Origin: Betaproteobacteria bacterium
GTDB lineage: Bacteria > Pseudomonadota > Gammaproteobacteria > Burkholderiales > SG8-41
Assembly: GCA_052389535.1 (NCBI GenBank)
Contig: JBQTHU010000001.1
Coordinates: forward strand, 5,575 to 69,574
Direction: 5' to 3'
DNA length: 64,000 nt
Shown: positions 8,177 through 18,645 of the stretch, piece by piece
How the letters are laid out: every line of letters starts with the position of its first letter
How positions within the stretch are numbered: position 1 is the stretch's first letter
The notes under the pieces: model-generated
Seen by the model: only the letters and a program-made list of their open reading frames with translations
Told to the model about the DNA's origin: nothing
The model's database searches: none
Position numbers and translations under genes: made by a program

Positions 8177-9604
8177 TCAGTTTGCCCGGGCGAGCGTGCG
8201 GCTCTTCAGGAAAGAGATCGCCTGGTTGAGTTCGTAGTCGTTCTTCGACACGATCTCGCCGGGTTCCGGCCGCGTCGCCTTTTCGTCGAGATCCTTCGGG
8301 CGCGGCGCCGGCGTGAAGTTGTACTTCACTGCCGCTGCCGCCGCCTCGGCTTTCTCCTGCGCCTGTTCCTTTTCCCGCGCGACGTCGGTCAGGTGCTTCG
8401 TGAGGTCGGCTTCACGCAGGCGCAGGCCGGCCGCCTTGTCCGCCGCCACATCGTCGAGCGGGATATCGGGCACGATGCCCTTCGCCTGGATCGAGCGCCC
8501 GTTGGGCGTGTAGTAGCGCGCCGTGGTCAGCTTGATGGCCGTGTTGTTGCCGAGCGGCAGGATGGTCTGCACCGAGCCCTTGCCAAACGTCGGCTGTCCC
8601 ATGACGACGGCGCGCCGGTGATCCTGCAGCGCGCCCGCCACGATTTCCGACGCCGACGCCGAGCCGCTGTTGACCAGCACGACCATCGGCACGTTCTTGA
8701 CTTCCGGCGGAAGCTTCCGGAGGTAGTCTTCCTTGCTGCGGCCGCGCAGATAGTTCTCCGGACTCGCGTTCAGCTTCATCTTCGAGTCGTCGGTGCGCCC
8801 GTCGGTGTAGACCACCAGCGAGCCCTGCGGCAGGAAGGCCGCCGATACCGCAACGGCTCCGTTCAGCAGGCCGCCGGGATCGTTGCGCAGGTCGAGCACC
8901 ATGCCTTTCATGCTGCCCGGGTTTTCCTTGAACAATCGCACGATCGCCGCGGCGAGGTTCTCACCGGTGTGCTCCTGAAACTGGCTCACGCGGAAGTAGG
9001 CATAACCGGGCTCGAGCAGCTTGGCCTTGACGCTTTGCACCTTGATGATGGCCCGCGTCAGCGTCACCACGACGGGCTTCGACTCGCCCTTGCGCACGAT
9101 GGTGAGCGTGATCTGCGTGTTCGGCTTGCCACGCATGCGCTTGACGGCGTCGGTAAGCGTCATGCCTTTGACCGAGGCGTCATCGAGCTTGACGATGAGA
9201 TCGCCCGGCTTCACGCCGGCGCGCGCGGCGGGCGTATCGTCGATCGGGGCGATCACCTTGACGAAGCCTTCTTCCATGCTGACTTCGATGCCCAGCCCGC
9301 CGAACTCGCCCTGCGTGCCGACCTGCAGTTCCCTGAACGCTTCCTGGTCGAGGTAGGCCGAATGCGGGTCGAGCCCGGTCAGCATGCCGTTGATCGCCTG
9401 GGTGATGAGCCGCTTGTCGTCGACCGGTTCGACGTAATCGCTTTTCACGCGCCCGAAGACCTCGGTGAACGCGCGCAGCTCTTCGATCGGCAGAGGCGCG
9501 AAACCGGCGTCCTTCTGTGCGACCGCGGAAAAATTGAGGCTGATTGCGACACCCATCAGGATGCCGATCACAACCAGGCCGATGTGATGCAGTTTGTTAC
9601 GCAT
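8177..9604 (-). CDS. Carboxy-terminal processing protease (S41 family)
   Basis: 475 aa. PDZ region (GGLGIEV..GVKPGDLIVKLDD) and the S41 catalytic region (VVLVNSGSASASEIVAGALQD..GKGSVQ). Confidence 0.9.
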   Translation of the reverse strand: MRNKLHHIGLVVIGILMGVAISLNFSAVAQKDAGFAPLPIEELRAFTEVFGRVKSDYVEPVDDKRLITQAINGMLTGLDPHSAYLDQEAFRELQVGTQGEFGGLGIEVSMEEGFVKVIAPIDDTPAARAGVKPGDLIVKLDDASVKGMTLTDAVKRMRGKPNTQITLTIVRKGESKPVVVTLTRAIIKVQSVKAKLLEPGYAYFRVSQFQEHTGENLAAAIVRLFKENPGSMKGMVLDLRNDPGGLLNGAVAVSAAFLPQGSLVVYTDGRTDDSKMKLNASPENYLRGRSKEDYLRKLPPEVKNVPMVVLVNSGSASASEIVAGALQDHRRAVVMGQPTFGKGSVQTILPLGNNTAIKLTTARYYTPNGRSIQAKGIVPDIPLDDVAADKAAGLRLREADLTKHLTDVAREKEQAQEKAEAAAAAVKYNFTPAPRPKDLDEKATRPEPGEIVSKNDYELNQAISFLKSRTLARAN

Positions 9605-9642
9605 TGCGTGGCTCCTTCGCCCCCACTCGTGACGCCGTTACA

Positions 9643-10842
9643 TCATTGATTGTCGACCCATCGCAGCGGGTCCAGCGGCCTGCCTTCATGCCGCAACTCG
9701 AAGTATAAACCCGAATTGGCGTTGCCGCCGCTATTGCCTACCGTGGCTATCCGATCCCCGACCCGGATCACGTCACCCACGCGCTTGTAGAGGGTTTCGT
9801 TATAGCCGTAGAGAGTCATATAGGCCTCTCCATGGTCAATAATCAACAGATTGCCGAAGCCGCGCAGCCAGTCGGCAAACACGACCCTGCCGCCGGCGAC
9901 CGCGCGCACTTCGTCGCCCGCCTTCGCGGCGATGAACAATCCTTTCCAGGTGACTCCGCCCTCAGGCCGTGGACTGCCGAAGCGGCTCCTGAGTTCCCCG
10001 CGGACCGGCAGGCGCAGCCGGCCTTTCAGCGCCTCGAACGGTCCGCTCCCGATGGTGCTGTCCGGTAGCCGCTCGTTGCGCGCGCGCGGTGCAGAGGGCT
10101 TGCGCGCAACGATCCGCCCCAGTTCCTCGATCAGCCGCGTGAGTCGCGTTTCGTTGCGCCTCAGCGTGCCGATCTGGCCCTGCTGCTCGACGATGACGCG
10201 CGAGATACGGGCAAGCACTTCCGCGCGGGCTTTTCGTTCCTGCTCGAGGCGCCGTTTCTGGGACGCCTGCTCGGCGACGAGCGCGGCGAGTTCGGCTGCC
10301 TTGCGTTCCGTTTCCTGCGAGAGGTTGCGAAGACGGGCAAGGCTCGCGCGCACGGCGTCTATCGCTTCGGCGCGCGCGCGGGCGACGTGCCCGTAGTAAT
10401 GCAGGTTGCGCGCAATGCGATTGGGATCGTCGCCGCTCAGCAGCAGTTTGAGCGGCTCGGCGCGTCCCGCGACGTACTGCCGGTAGAGCAGGGCTTCGAG
10501 GTCGGCCTGCTGCCGGCGTAGCGTGGACTCGCCGTCGCGCGCATTTACGCGCAGTTCGGCGAGATGCCGGTCGAGCTCCAGCGACTGGGCGGCCAGCTCG
10601 TGCAGACGGCGATTCGCGTCGGAGATCGCGCGCTCCGAAGCCTGCAGCGCGTCAGCGACCTCGGTGCGCGAGCCTTCGGCATCCCGGATCTGTTTCTGCA
10701 GCGCCTCGATCTTGCTGCGCAAGGCCTTCAGCTCGCCGCGCGCCTCGGCGGCGCTCCTGGGATTGTCCGCCGCGAAAGTGGCGGCGCTCACGAGCACGTA
10801 AAGAACGAATATCGACGCGCGCGCGCGCAGTGGCGAACTCAC
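9643..10842 (-). CDS. envC: Murein hydrolase activator EnvC-like, coiled-coil plus M23 (LytM) domain
   Basis: C-terminal M23 domain (GLFIAAKAGDEVRAVAGGRVVFADWLRGFGNLLIIDHGE..). Likely GTG start at 10842 overlapping the gpmI stop (GTGA), giving VSSPLRARASIFVLYVLVSAATFA as the signal peptide. The upstream part of ORF 9643..11112 is read-through. Confidence 0.8.
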   Translation of the reverse strand: MSSPLRARASIFVLYVLVSAATFAADNPRSAAEARGELKALRSKIEALQKQIRDAEGSRTEVADALQASERAISDANRRLHELAAQSLELDRHLAELRVNARDGESTLRRQQADLEALLYRQYVAGRAEPLKLLLSGDDPNRIARNLHYYGHVARARAEAIDAVRASLARLRNLSQETERKAAELAALVAEQASQKRRLEQERKARAEVLARISRVIVEQQGQIGTLRRNETRLTRLIEELGRIVARKPSAPRARNERLPDSTIGSGPFEALKGRLRLPVRGELRSRFGSPRPEGGVTWKGLFIAAKAGDEVRAVAGGRVVFADWLRGFGNLLIIDHGEAYMTLYGYNETLYKRVGDVIRVGDRIATVGNSGGNANSGLYFELRHEGRPLDPLRWVDNQ

Positions 10843-12380
10843 GTGTAGCGGATCAGGGATCGGCCGCTCATCTCCGGCGGCTGCTCGAGACTCATCAGGG
10901 CAAGCAGCGTGGGCGCGATGTCCTGCAGCGCGCCACGTTCGGCAAGACGCGCCGTGCGTCCTATGTAGAGCAGGGGGACCAGGTTCAGCGTGTGCGCCGT
11001 ATGCGCCTGCCCGGTTTTCTTGTCCCGCATCATCTCGGCGTTGCCGTGATCGGCGGTGATGACGACTTCGCCTCCCGCCTCGCGCATCGCGGCCACCACC
11101 CGCCCGATGCATTCATCGAGCACTTCCACCGCGCGCGTCGCCGCCGCCAGGTTGCCGGTGTGCCCCACCATGTCACCGTTGGCGTAGTTGCACACGATGG
11201 CATGGTACTTGCCGCTTTGGATCGCCTCCACCAGCCTGTCCGTCACCTCGTATGCGCTCATTTCGGGCTTGAGATCATAGGTGGCGACTTTCGGCGAAGG
11301 CACCAGAATCCGGTCCTCGCCGGGATAGGGCTTCTCGATGCCGCCGTTGAAGAAATACGTCACGTGCGCGTACTTTTCCGTTTCGGCGATGCGCAGCTGC
11401 TTCAGTCCCAGCCGCGAGATGTACTCGCCGAAGCCGTTTGCGACCGACTGCGGCGGAAACGCGGCGGGAATGTGGCGGAAATCCTCGCCGTACGACGTGA
11501 GCGTGCAGTAATAGCCGGGCTTCGGCGCGACAGCGCGCTCGAAGCCATCGAAATCGCGCTCGGTGAGCGCGCGCGTAAGCTGTCGCGCCCGGTCCGCCCG
11601 GAAGTTCATGAACACGACCGCGTCGCCCTCGGCGATGCGTGCCGGTTCGCCGCCTTCGGGCGCGATGATCGTCGCCTGGACGAACTCGTCGGACTCGTCG
11701 CGCGCGTAGGCGAGCCGCAGGCCTTCGATCGCGGTGGGCGCGCGGAAGGCCGCCTTCGCCTGCGTAATGAGATCGTAGCCCTGTGCGACCCGCTCCCAGC
11801 GCTGGTCGCGATCCATCGCGTAGTACCTGCCGCAGATCGAGGCGATGGCGGCGTTGCCGAGCGTCTCGCATTTGCGAGCGAGCGCGGCAAGCGACGGCCC
11901 GGCGCTTCGGGGCGGCGTGTCGCGGCCATCGAGGAAGGCATGGACGAAGACGCGCCTCACGCCGCGCCGCGCGGCAAGCTCGAGCATTGCGTGGATCTGC
12001 GATTCGTGGCTGTGCACGCCTCCGGGAGACACGAGGCCCAATACATGCAGGGCATGCGCGCCTGCGCCCGCTGTTTCACAAGCCTTGTTCAACACCGCGT
12101 TGGCGTAGAACTCGCCGGTCTCGATCGCGTTCTCGATGCGGGTGTAATCCTGATAGACGACCCTGCCGGCGCCGATGTTCATGTGGCCCACTTCGGAATT
12201 GCCCATCTGGTCCTTCGGCAGCCCGACCCATTTTTCCGATGCGTCGATGGTGGTGTGCGGGCAGGTTTCCCAGAGCACGTTCCAGTGCGGCTTGCGCGCC
12301 TGGCAGATCGCGTTGTCCTCGCATTCCTCGCGATAGCCGAAGCCGTCCAGCACGATCAGCAGGACCGGGGTTACTTTCAT
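10839..12380 (-). CDS. gpmI: 2,3-bisphosphoglycerate-independent phosphoglycerate mutase
   Basis: 513 aa: MKVTPVLLIVLDGFGYRE..GNSEVGHMNIGAGR..TADHGNAE. Confidence 0.95.
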   Translation of the reverse strand: MKVTPVLLIVLDGFGYREECEDNAICQARKPHWNVLWETCPHTTIDASEKWVGLPKDQMGNSEVGHMNIGAGRVVYQDYTRIENAIETGEFYANAVLNKACETAGAGAHALHVLGLVSPGGVHSHESQIHAMLELAARRGVRRVFVHAFLDGRDTPPRSAGPSLAALARKCETLGNAAIASICGRYYAMDRDQRWERVAQGYDLITQAKAAFRAPTAIEGLRLAYARDESDEFVQATIIAPEGGEPARIAEGDAVVFMNFRADRARQLTRALTERDFDGFERAVAPKPGYYCTLTSYGEDFRHIPAAFPPQSVANGFGEYISRLGLKQLRIAETEKYAHVTYFFNGGIEKPYPGEDRILVPSPKVATYDLKPEMSAYEVTDRLVEAIQSGKYHAIVCNYANGDMVGHTGNLAAATRAVEVLDECIGRVVAAMREAGGEVVITADHGNAEMMRDKKTGQAHTAHTLNLVPLLYIGRTARLAERGALQDIAPTLLALMSLEQPPEMSGRSLIRYT

Positions 12381-12545
12381 GATTCGTCAGCGATTCGTCG
12401 TGATCCGCAGTGCAGCGCCCGAGTATATAGTATCGCCGCACTATTCCCGCATCGCGTTTGATCGAGTGCAGGCCGATCCGTTCGGCGGCGTCGCTGTTGG
12501 CATCCTGCGCTGCTGCCTGCGGCGTCTGTTAAAATCGGCAAGCGC

Positions 12546-13016
12546 ATGACCGCGAGTCTGCGCAGTCCATTTCGGAGTGCGGTATTGGAGCAGTTTCTGG
12601 CGTTTCTCACGAAGAATCCTTTTCACCTGGTGCTGTTCGGCACCGCCGTGGTGACGGGCGGGATGCTGATATGGCCGCTCTTCAACCGGGTGGCGCGTCC
12701 GGGCAACGATGTGGGCCCGATTGAAGCGGTCCAGTTGATCAACCGGCGCGATGCTGTCGTGATCGATGTACGCGACGCGTCGGAGTACGCCTCCGGCCAT
12801 ATCACCAACGCGAAACACATCCCGGAGAAGGAACTCGTGCAGCGGCTGAAGGAACTGGAGAAGTTCAAGGCACGGCCCTTGATCGTCGCGTGCCGCGCGG
12901 GAGGGCGCGCTGCCGGCGCGGCGGCGGTGCTGCGCAAGCACGGGTTTGCTGAGGTCTTCGCGTTGCGCGGCGGCATCGCGGCATGGCAGCAGGCCAGCAT
13001 GCCGCTCGAGAAATGA
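12546..13016 (+). CDS. Rhodanese-like domain protein with an N-terminal TM helix
   Basis: Rhodanese fold with the active-site loop ACRAGGRAAGAA. An alternative TTG start at 12585 has a GGAG 7 nt upstream. Conserved rhodanese-grxC-secB synteny. Confidence 0.8.
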   Translation: MTASLRSPFRSAVLEQFLAFLTKNPFHLVLFGTAVVTGGMLIWPLFNRVARPGNDVGPIEAVQLINRRDAVVIDVRDASEYASGHITNAKHIPEKELVQRLKELEKFKARPLIVACRAGGRAAGAAAVLRKHGFAEVFALRGGIAAWQQASMPLEK

Positions 13017-13291
13017 CGGCGGAGGTGCGGATGTACTGCACGGCGGTGTGCCCGTACTGCCAGATGGCGGAACGGCTGCTGCGCTCCCGGGGCGTCGCCG
13101 CGATCGACAAGATCCGGGTCGATCTAGAACCGGATCGCCGCGTCGAGATGATGCGCGAGACCGGCCGCCGCACCGTTCCGCAGATCTACATCGGCGGCAC
13201 GCACGTCGGCGGTTTCGACGATCTCGCGGACCTGGATGCCTCGGGGCGGCTCGACGACCTTCTCGGGTCGCCCGGCCGAATGGTTCCGTAA
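13013..13291 (+). CDS. grxC: Glutaredoxin 3
   Basis: MTAEVRMYCTAVCPYCQMAERLL..TVPQIYIGGTHVGGFDDL, with a CPYC active site. Its ATG overlaps the rhodanese stop (ATGA). Confidence 0.9.
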   Translation: MTAEVRMYCTAVCPYCQMAERLLRSRGVAAIDKIRVDLEPDRRVEMMRETGRRTVPQIYIGGTHVGGFDDLADLDASGRLDDLLGSPGRMVP

Positions 13292-13308
13292 ACGTTTTGG
13301 ACATCGGC

Positions 13309-13794
13309 ATGAGTGAAGCTCAGCAGCCCGCATTCGGCATCCAGAAAATCTATCTCAAGGACATGTCGCTGGAGATTCCGAACGCTCCGCAGATTTTTCT
13401 GGAACGCGAGTCGCCCCAGGTGGACGTGAGCCTGCACAACGAGGCGCGGCCGCTCGGCCAGCCCGGTCTGTTCGAAGTCGTGCTGACGATCACCGTCACG
13501 GCGAAGATCGATGACAAGACTGTGTTCCTCGTGGAGGCGGCGCAGGCCGGCATCTTCGAGATCGTCAACGTGTCGACGCAGGAAACCGAGGCGGTGCTCG
13601 GCATCGTGTGCCCGAGCACCCTGCTGCCCTATGCGCGCGAAGCCATTGCGAGCACGGTAACGCGCGCCGGCTTCCCCGCGGTCGTGCTGCAGCACATGAG
13701 CTTCGAAACCATTTACCAGCAGCAACAGGCGCAGCTGCAACAGCAACAACAGCAGCCGCAAGCGCCGCAGCCCGGCACGCCGCCCGCTCATTAG
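13309..13794 (+). CDS. secB: Protein-export chaperone SecB (with a Gln/Pro-rich C-terminal tail)
   Basis: FGIQKIYLKDMSLEIPNAPQIF..FLVEAAQAGIFEI..CPSTLLPYAREAI. Confidence 0.9.
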   Translation: MSEAQQPAFGIQKIYLKDMSLEIPNAPQIFLERESPQVDVSLHNEARPLGQPGLFEVVLTITVTAKIDDKTVFLVEAAQAGIFEIVNVSTQETEAVLGIVCPSTLLPYAREAIASTVTRAGFPAVVLQHMSFETIYQQQQAQLQQQQQQPQAPQPGTPPAH

Positions 13795-13801
13795 GACATT
13801 C

Positions 13802-14248
13802 ATGGCGATGTATCGCATGCTCGCGGCTGCCGCACTGATGGGAGTGGCGGCTGCGCCGGCGTGGGCGCTGGACTTCCGGTCCATCGCCGGCACCGCGGCC
13901 GTCCTCTACGATGCGCCCTCCGCGAAATCGCGCAAGGTGTTTGTCGTGAACCAGGGCTACCCGCTGGAGGTGGTAGTGGTCGTGGAGGGCTGGGTGAAGG
14001 TTCGCGACGCGAATGGCGAATTGACCTGGGTGGAGAGCAAGGCGCTCTCCGACAAGCGCACCGTCATGGTGAAAGTGCCGGTTGCGCTGATCCGCCAGGG
14101 CGCGGACGATGCTTCCCCGGTGGTCTTCCAGGCGCAGCAGGATGTCATCCTGGAACTGGAAAGCGTTGCGACCGGAGGTTGGCTGCGGGTCAAGCATCGC
14201 GACGGTCAGTCAGGATTCATCAAGGTCGCCGACGTCTGGGGCGCATGA
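13802..14248 (+). CDS. Secreted bacterial SH3-like domain protein
   Basis: Signal peptide (AAPAWA), then two SH3b-like repeats ([32 protein letters not shown]; ..[20 protein letters not shown]). Confidence 0.6.
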   Translation: MAMYRMLAAAALMGVAAAPAWALDFRSIAGTAAVLYDAPSAKSRKVFVVNQGYPLEVVVVVEGWVKVRDANGELTWVESKALSDKRTVMVKVPVALIRQGADDASPVVFQAQQDVILELESVATGGWLRVKHRDGQSGFIKVADVWGA

Positions 14249-15234
14249 AAATCGCGGTGATGGGAGCGGGGGCCTGGGGCACTGCGATCGCGATCGCCCT
14301 CAGCGCACGCCACGCGGTAACCCTGTGGACGCGCAACGCCGAGTTGTGCACCGAGATCCGCACCACGCGGATCAACACGCGGTATCTGCCGGGCCATCGC
14401 TTGCCGGCGACACTGGCACTCGAACCCGACCCGGCGGTTGCGGTATCGAAGGCCGGTCTCGTGCTGGTCGCCGTAACGACGGCCGGGCTGCGCGAGACCC
14501 TGGCGCGTCTCGGCTCGGCTGACTGCCCGGCCCCGATCGTCTGGCTTTGCAAGGGTTTCGAAACCGAGCGTGCCCTGCTGCCGCATCAGATCCACGCGGA
14601 AGTGCTGGGTAGCGGTGCGTCTCATGGTGTCCTGTCGGGGCCGAGCTTTGCTCAGGAAGTGGCAAGCGGCCTGCCCACTGCGCTGACGCTAGCGTCAGCG
14701 GATGCTGCTTTCGCGCAGGCGACGGCGCGCAGCCTGCATGGCGGCGCACTGCGCGTCTACTCGAGCGGCGATGTGCCCGGCGTTGAAGTCGCGGGCGCCG
14801 TGAAGAACGTCATGGCCATCGCGGCCGGCATCTGCGACGGGCTGGCGCTCGGTCTCAACGCGCGCGCGGCGCTCATTACCCGCGGCCTCGCGGAGGTGTC
14901 GCGTCTCGGGGTCCGTCTGGGCGGACGCGCCGAGACCTTCATGGGTCTCGCCGGCGTGGGCGATCTCGTGCTGACCTGCACCGGCGACCTGTCCCGCAAC
15001 CGCCAGGTCGGACTGAAACTCGCGCAAGGGCTCGCGCTCGATCGCATCCTTGCCGAGCTGGGTCACGTCGCAGAGGGCGTGCATACGGCGCGCGAAGTGG
15101 CGCGTCTTGCCCGGGAGCTTGGCGTGGAGATGCCGATCACCCGCGCCGTCTCCCGCGTGCTGGAGAACCCTGCTACAGCAAGATCAGCCGTTCAGGAGTT
15201 GCTTCAGCGCGAGCCGAAGGCTGAGGATCTCTAG
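14245..15234 (+). CDS. gpsA: NAD(P)H-dependent glycerol-3-phosphate dehydrogenase
   Basis: [19 protein letters not shown].. Rossmann N-terminus, and ..[18 protein letters not shown]. Its ATG overlaps the previous stop. Confidence 0.9.
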   Translation: MKIAVMGAGAWGTAIAIALSARHAVTLWTRNAELCTEIRTTRINTRYLPGHRLPATLALEPDPAVAVSKAGLVLVAVTTAGLRETLARLGSADCPAPIVWLCKGFETERALLPHQIHAEVLGSGASHGVLSGPSFAQEVASGLPTALTLASADAAFAQATARSLHGGALRVYSSGDVPGVEVAGAVKNVMAIAAGICDGLALGLNARAALITRGLAEVSRLGVRLGGRAETFMGLAGVGDLVLTCTGDLSRNRQVGLKLAQGLALDRILAELGHVAEGVHTAREVARLARELGVEMPITRAVSRVLENPATARSAVQELLQREPKAEDL

Positions 15235-15704
15235 CGATCGGCCTGTGCGTTCGCAAAGCCGATCTGTCTCCAGGCTTCGTAGATCACCACTGCAACGGCG
15301 TTCGCAAGGTTGAGGCTGCGGCTGCCCGCGCGCATCGGCAGGCGTATCAGTTGTTGCGAAGGAAGGTCCGCAAGGACTTCAGCGGGCAGGCCGCGGGTCT
15401 CCGGGCCGAACAGGAATACATCGCCCTCGCGATAGCCCGGGATGTCGTAGCGCTGCATTGCGCGCGTGCTGACCGCATACGTGCGGCGGCCGCGTAGCGC
15501 ATCGCGGCACGCGTGCCAGTCGTCGTGCACTACCACCTCGGCGAGTTCACGGTAGTCGAGTCCCGCTCGCACCAGCTGCCTGTCGCGCAGCGTAAAGCCC
15601 AGCGGTTTCACCAGATGAAGACGTGCGCCGGTATTGGCGGCGAGCCGGATGATGTTTCCGGTGTTGGGCGGGATCTCCGGCTCGTAGAGAACGATGTCAA
15701 ACAC
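15231..15704 (-). CDS. trmL: tRNA (cytidine/uridine(34)-2'-O)-methyltransferase TrmL (SpoU family)
   Basis: [53 protein letters not shown]. Confidence 0.9.
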   Translation of the reverse strand: MFDIVLYEPEIPPNTGNIIRLAANTGARLHLVKPLGFTLRDRQLVRAGLDYRELAEVVVHDDWHACRDALRGRRTYAVSTRAMQRYDIPGYREGDVFLFGPETRGLPAEVLADLPSQQLIRLPMRAGSRSLNLANAVAVVIYEAWRQIGFANAQADR

Positions 15705-16452
15705 TGCTTAAGCTTACCCCGATCGGGCTCGTCTGCTTCAACGCGCGCGCCACGATCCAGCCGCGAACTTCGGCCGCCCCTGCCCGGCGCAACGTCTTCG
15801 CGAGTTCGTTCAGGGTCGCGCCGGTGGTCATGACGTCGTCGACGATCGCGATGCGCAGTCCACCCAGATCTTCGGTGCACACGAATGCGCCGCGTACGTT
15901 GCGCGCACGCGCCCGCCACGGCAAGGACGCTTGTGCCGCCGTATGCACGGGGCGCTGCACGAGATCATGGCAGAGGCGTCCGTTGACGGCGGCGACCACG
16001 TAACGGGCAATCTCGAGCGCCTGGTTGAAGCCGCGCTCGCGCAGCCGTTGCACGGACAGCGGCATGGGGATGACCAGGTCCACGGCCTCGGAAGCCACGG
16101 TGCGGGCGAGCGACTCGCCCAGCAGGCGTGCGACCGCAAGATTGTCGCCGTACTTGAGCGCCTGGATCAGCCCGTTTACGGGGAAGCGGTACACGAACGC
16201 GGCGCAGACGCGATCGTAGCGGGGCGGCGCGGCTAGACACGCTCCGCATACCGAGCCGCCGGATACCGGAAGCGCGCACACCTGACAGCGCTGGCGGGCC
16301 AGCCACGGCAATGCAGCCTTGCACCCTCCGCACAACAGGGACGTGCCGCTGCCCGCACTACACAGCAGGCAATGCTGCGCGAGCAGGCTGCGCACAAATC
16401 GCGGGCATCGGTTCAATAAATCCTGTACCTGATTTGACAAGGAAAAGCCCAT
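15697..16452 (-). CDS. comF: ComF family protein (phosphoribosyltransferase-like)
   Basis: N-terminal Cys-rich zinc-finger region, RGFNQA motif and the C-terminal PRTase motif IVDDVMTTGATL. Confidence 0.85.
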   Translation of the reverse strand: MGFSLSNQVQDLLNRCPRFVRSLLAQHCLLCSAGSGTSLLCGGCKAALPWLARQRCQVCALPVSGGSVCGACLAAPPRYDRVCAAFVYRFPVNGLIQALKYGDNLAVARLLGESLARTVASEAVDLVIPMPLSVQRLRERGFNQALEIARYVVAAVNGRLCHDLVQRPVHTAAQASLPWRARARNVRGAFVCTEDLGGLRIAIVDDVMTTGATLNELAKTLRRAGAAEVRGWIVARALKQTSPIGVSLSSV

Positions 16453-16462
16453 TGGAGATGAT
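16434..16462 (+). promoter_or_regulatory. Candidate sigma-70 promoter for the bio operon, overlapping the comF start
   Basis: TTGACA (16434-16439), 17 nt, GATGAT (16457-16462), about 34 nt upstream of the bioB ATG. It lies in the only AT-rich patch of this region. Confidence 0.35.
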
Positions 16463-16495
16463 GCGACGCCTCAGTCTTCGCCCTGAACCTCGACC

Positions 16496-17491
16496 ATGGA
16501 TGTCCCGACCTACAACGATTCCCGGTCTCGATTGGATGACAGCGGCACTCGCGCCGCGCCGCGCTGGCCGATAGCGCAGGTGGAAGCGCTGTTCCAGTTG
16601 CCGTTCAGCGATCTGCTGTTCCGTGCACAGTCCGTCCACCGGGCGCACTTCGACCCGAACGCCGTGCAGCTCTCGACCTTGATCTCCATCAAGACCGGCG
16701 GCTGCCCCGAGGATTGCGGCTATTGTCCGCAGGCGGCGCGTTACCACACCGGCGTGGCGAACCAGGAGCTGATGTCGCTCGCAGAGGTGGTCGGTGCGGC
16801 ACGCCTCGCGAAGCAGAACGGCGCGACCCGGTTCTGCATGGGCGCGGCGTGGCGCGGACCCAAAGCGCGGGATCTGGAGGAGGTTCTACCTATGGTGAAG
16901 GCGGTGCGCGCGCTCGGCCTGGAAACGTGCGCGACGCTCGGGCTGCTCAAGCCGGGACAGGCCGAGCAGCTCCGGGATGCCGGCCTCGACTATTACAACC
17001 ACAATATCGACACGGATCCCGACCACTATCGCACGATCATCTCCACGCGCGAGCAGTCGGACCGGCTGGAGACGCTCGAACGGGTGCGCGCGGCCGGAAT
17101 CCACGTCTGCTGCGGCGGGATCGTCGGCATGGGCGAGTCGCGAGCGAGCCGTGCTGCGCTCATCGCGCAGCTCGCCAGCATGGACCCCTGCCCGGAATCG
17201 GTGCCGATCAACAATCTCGTGCAGGTGGAGGGCACGCCGCTGTACGGGACCGAGCGCCTGGACCCGCTCGAATTCGTGCGCACGATCGCTTGCGCCCGCA
17301 TCACCATGCCCAAGGCGATGGTACGGCTTTCGGCCGGGCGCCAGGAAATGTCCGAAAGTGTGCAGGCGCTGTGCTTCCTCGCCGGCGCCAATTCCATTTT
17401 TTATGGGGACAAGCTGCTCACCACCGGCAATCCCGACGTAGAGCGCGACCGGGCGCTTTTTGCCAAGCTGGGATTGCAGCCGATGGAATGA
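16496..17491 (+). CDS. bioB: Biotin synthase
   Basis: Radical-SAM motif [12 protein letters not shown], then YNHNIDT.. and [10 protein letters not shown]. Confidence 0.95.
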   Translation: MDVPTYNDSRSRLDDSGTRAAPRWPIAQVEALFQLPFSDLLFRAQSVHRAHFDPNAVQLSTLISIKTGGCPEDCGYCPQAARYHTGVANQELMSLAEVVGAARLAKQNGATRFCMGAAWRGPKARDLEEVLPMVKAVRALGLETCATLGLLKPGQAEQLRDAGLDYYNHNIDTDPDHYRTIISTREQSDRLETLERVRAAGIHVCCGGIVGMGESRASRAALIAQLASMDPCPESVPINNLVQVEGTPLYGTERLDPLEFVRTIACARITMPKAMVRLSAGRQEMSESVQALCFLAGANSIFYGDKLLTTGNPDVERDRALFAKLGLQPME

Positions 17492-18645
17492 CGTTCTCCG
17501 CGCTTGCCGCCGAGCTCGCCGATCTGGATGCGCGCGGCCTGCGGCGCACGCGCCGCGAACTGCAGTCGCCACAGGCGACTCGGGTGACCGTCGGGGGCCG
17601 GAGCTATGTCGCCTTCTGCAGCAACGACTACCTCGGGCTTGCGAGCGATCCGCGGCTGGTGCGGGCGGTGCAGCACGCGGTGGAGACCGCAGGCGTGGGC
17701 GCCGGCGCCTCGCACCTCGTGCTCGGTCACAGCGAAGCGCACGGCGCGCTGGAGCAGGCGCTGGCCCGTTTCACCGGTTTGCCGCGGGCGCTGCTTTTTT
17801 CGACCGGGTACATGGCGAATATCGGCGTCATCACCGCGCTCGTGGGGCGCGAGGACGCCGTGTTCGCCGACCGGCTGAACCATGCCTCCCTCAACGATGC
17901 CTGCCTGCTGTCCCGCGCGCAGTTTCGGCGCTATGCGCATGCGGACGTGAGCGCGCTCGCGGCGTTGCTGCAGGGTACGGCAGCGCGTCGGAAACTGATC
18001 GTGACCGACGCCGTCTTCAGCATGGACGGCGACATCGCGCCCGTGGCGGCACTGCTCGAGCTTGCGGAACGGCACGATGCATGGCTCTATCTGGACGATG
18101 CACATGGTTTCGGCGTGCTCGGCGCCTGCGGACGTGGCGTACTCGCGCATCTCGGTGTCCGCTCGCCGCGCATCATCTACATGGGAACGCTCGGCAAGGC
18201 GGCGGGCACCTTTGGCGCTTTCGTGGCGGGCGAAGCGGCGCTGGTCGAATTCCTGATCCAGCACGCGCGCACCTATGTATACACCACCGCGCTGCCTCCG
18301 GCGCTGTCGTGCGCGACGCTCAAGAGCCTGGAGCTGATCGAAACGGAGCAGTGGCGGCGCGACCATCTTGCCAAACTGATCCAGCTGCTCAAGCAGGGCT
18401 TCGCTGCACGGAACTGGCGCCTGCGCGATTCGGACACTGCCATCCAGCCACTGGTGATCGGGGACCATGCCGCCGCGGTCGCGGTGAGCGAAAGACTTGC
18501 GGAGCGCGGCCTGCTGGTGCCCGCGATCCGGCCGCCGACCGTGCCGGCGGGCAGCGCGCGGTTGCGCATTTCGCTGTCGGCCGCGCACAGCGAAGCCGAT
18601 GTCGCGCGGCTCGTCGAGTCCCTTAATACGCTCGCGCGGCAATGA
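17488..18645 (+). CDS. bioF: 8-amino-7-oxononanoate synthase
   Basis: [41 protein letters not shown] (PLP lysine). Its ATG overlaps the bioB stop. Confidence 0.9.
   Translation: MTFSALAAELADLDARGLRRTRRELQSPQATRVTVGGRSYVAFCSNDYLGLASDPRLVRAVQHAVETAGVGAGASHLVLGHSEAHGALEQALARFTGLPRALLFSTGYMANIGVITALVGREDAVFADRLNHASLNDACLLSRAQFRRYAHADVSALAALLQGTAARRKLIVTDAVFSMDGDIAPVAALLELAERHDAWLYLDDAHGFGVLGACGRGVLAHLGVRSPRIIYMGTLGKAAGTFGAFVAGEAALVEFLIQHARTYVYTTALPPALSCATLKSLELIETEQWRRDHLAKLIQLLKQGFAARNWRLRDSDTAIQPLVIGDHAAAVAVSERLAERGLLVPAIRPPTVPAGSARLRISLSAAHSEADVARLVESLNTLARQ

Noticed and set aside
8126-9649. Long antisense ORFs opposite real genes. Examples: 8126..9649 (+), 10830..12461 (+), 33924..35810 (-), 46313..48136 (-), 62237..63820 (-), 23202..24422 (-), 17401..18642 (-).
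   Set aside because: These are typical high-GC artefacts. Their translations are Arg/Ala/Gly/His/Asp-rich with no recognisable motifs. The opposite strand in each case encodes a protein with unmistakable family signatures, and several of these ORFs run across gene boundaries.
12379-12549. A 56-aa ORF filling the gpmI / rhodanese divergent intergenic region.
   Set aside because: It has no Shine-Dalgarno, mixed codon usage and no recognisable motif. Its ATG overlaps the gpmI start on the other strand. The region is more plausibly two divergent promoters.
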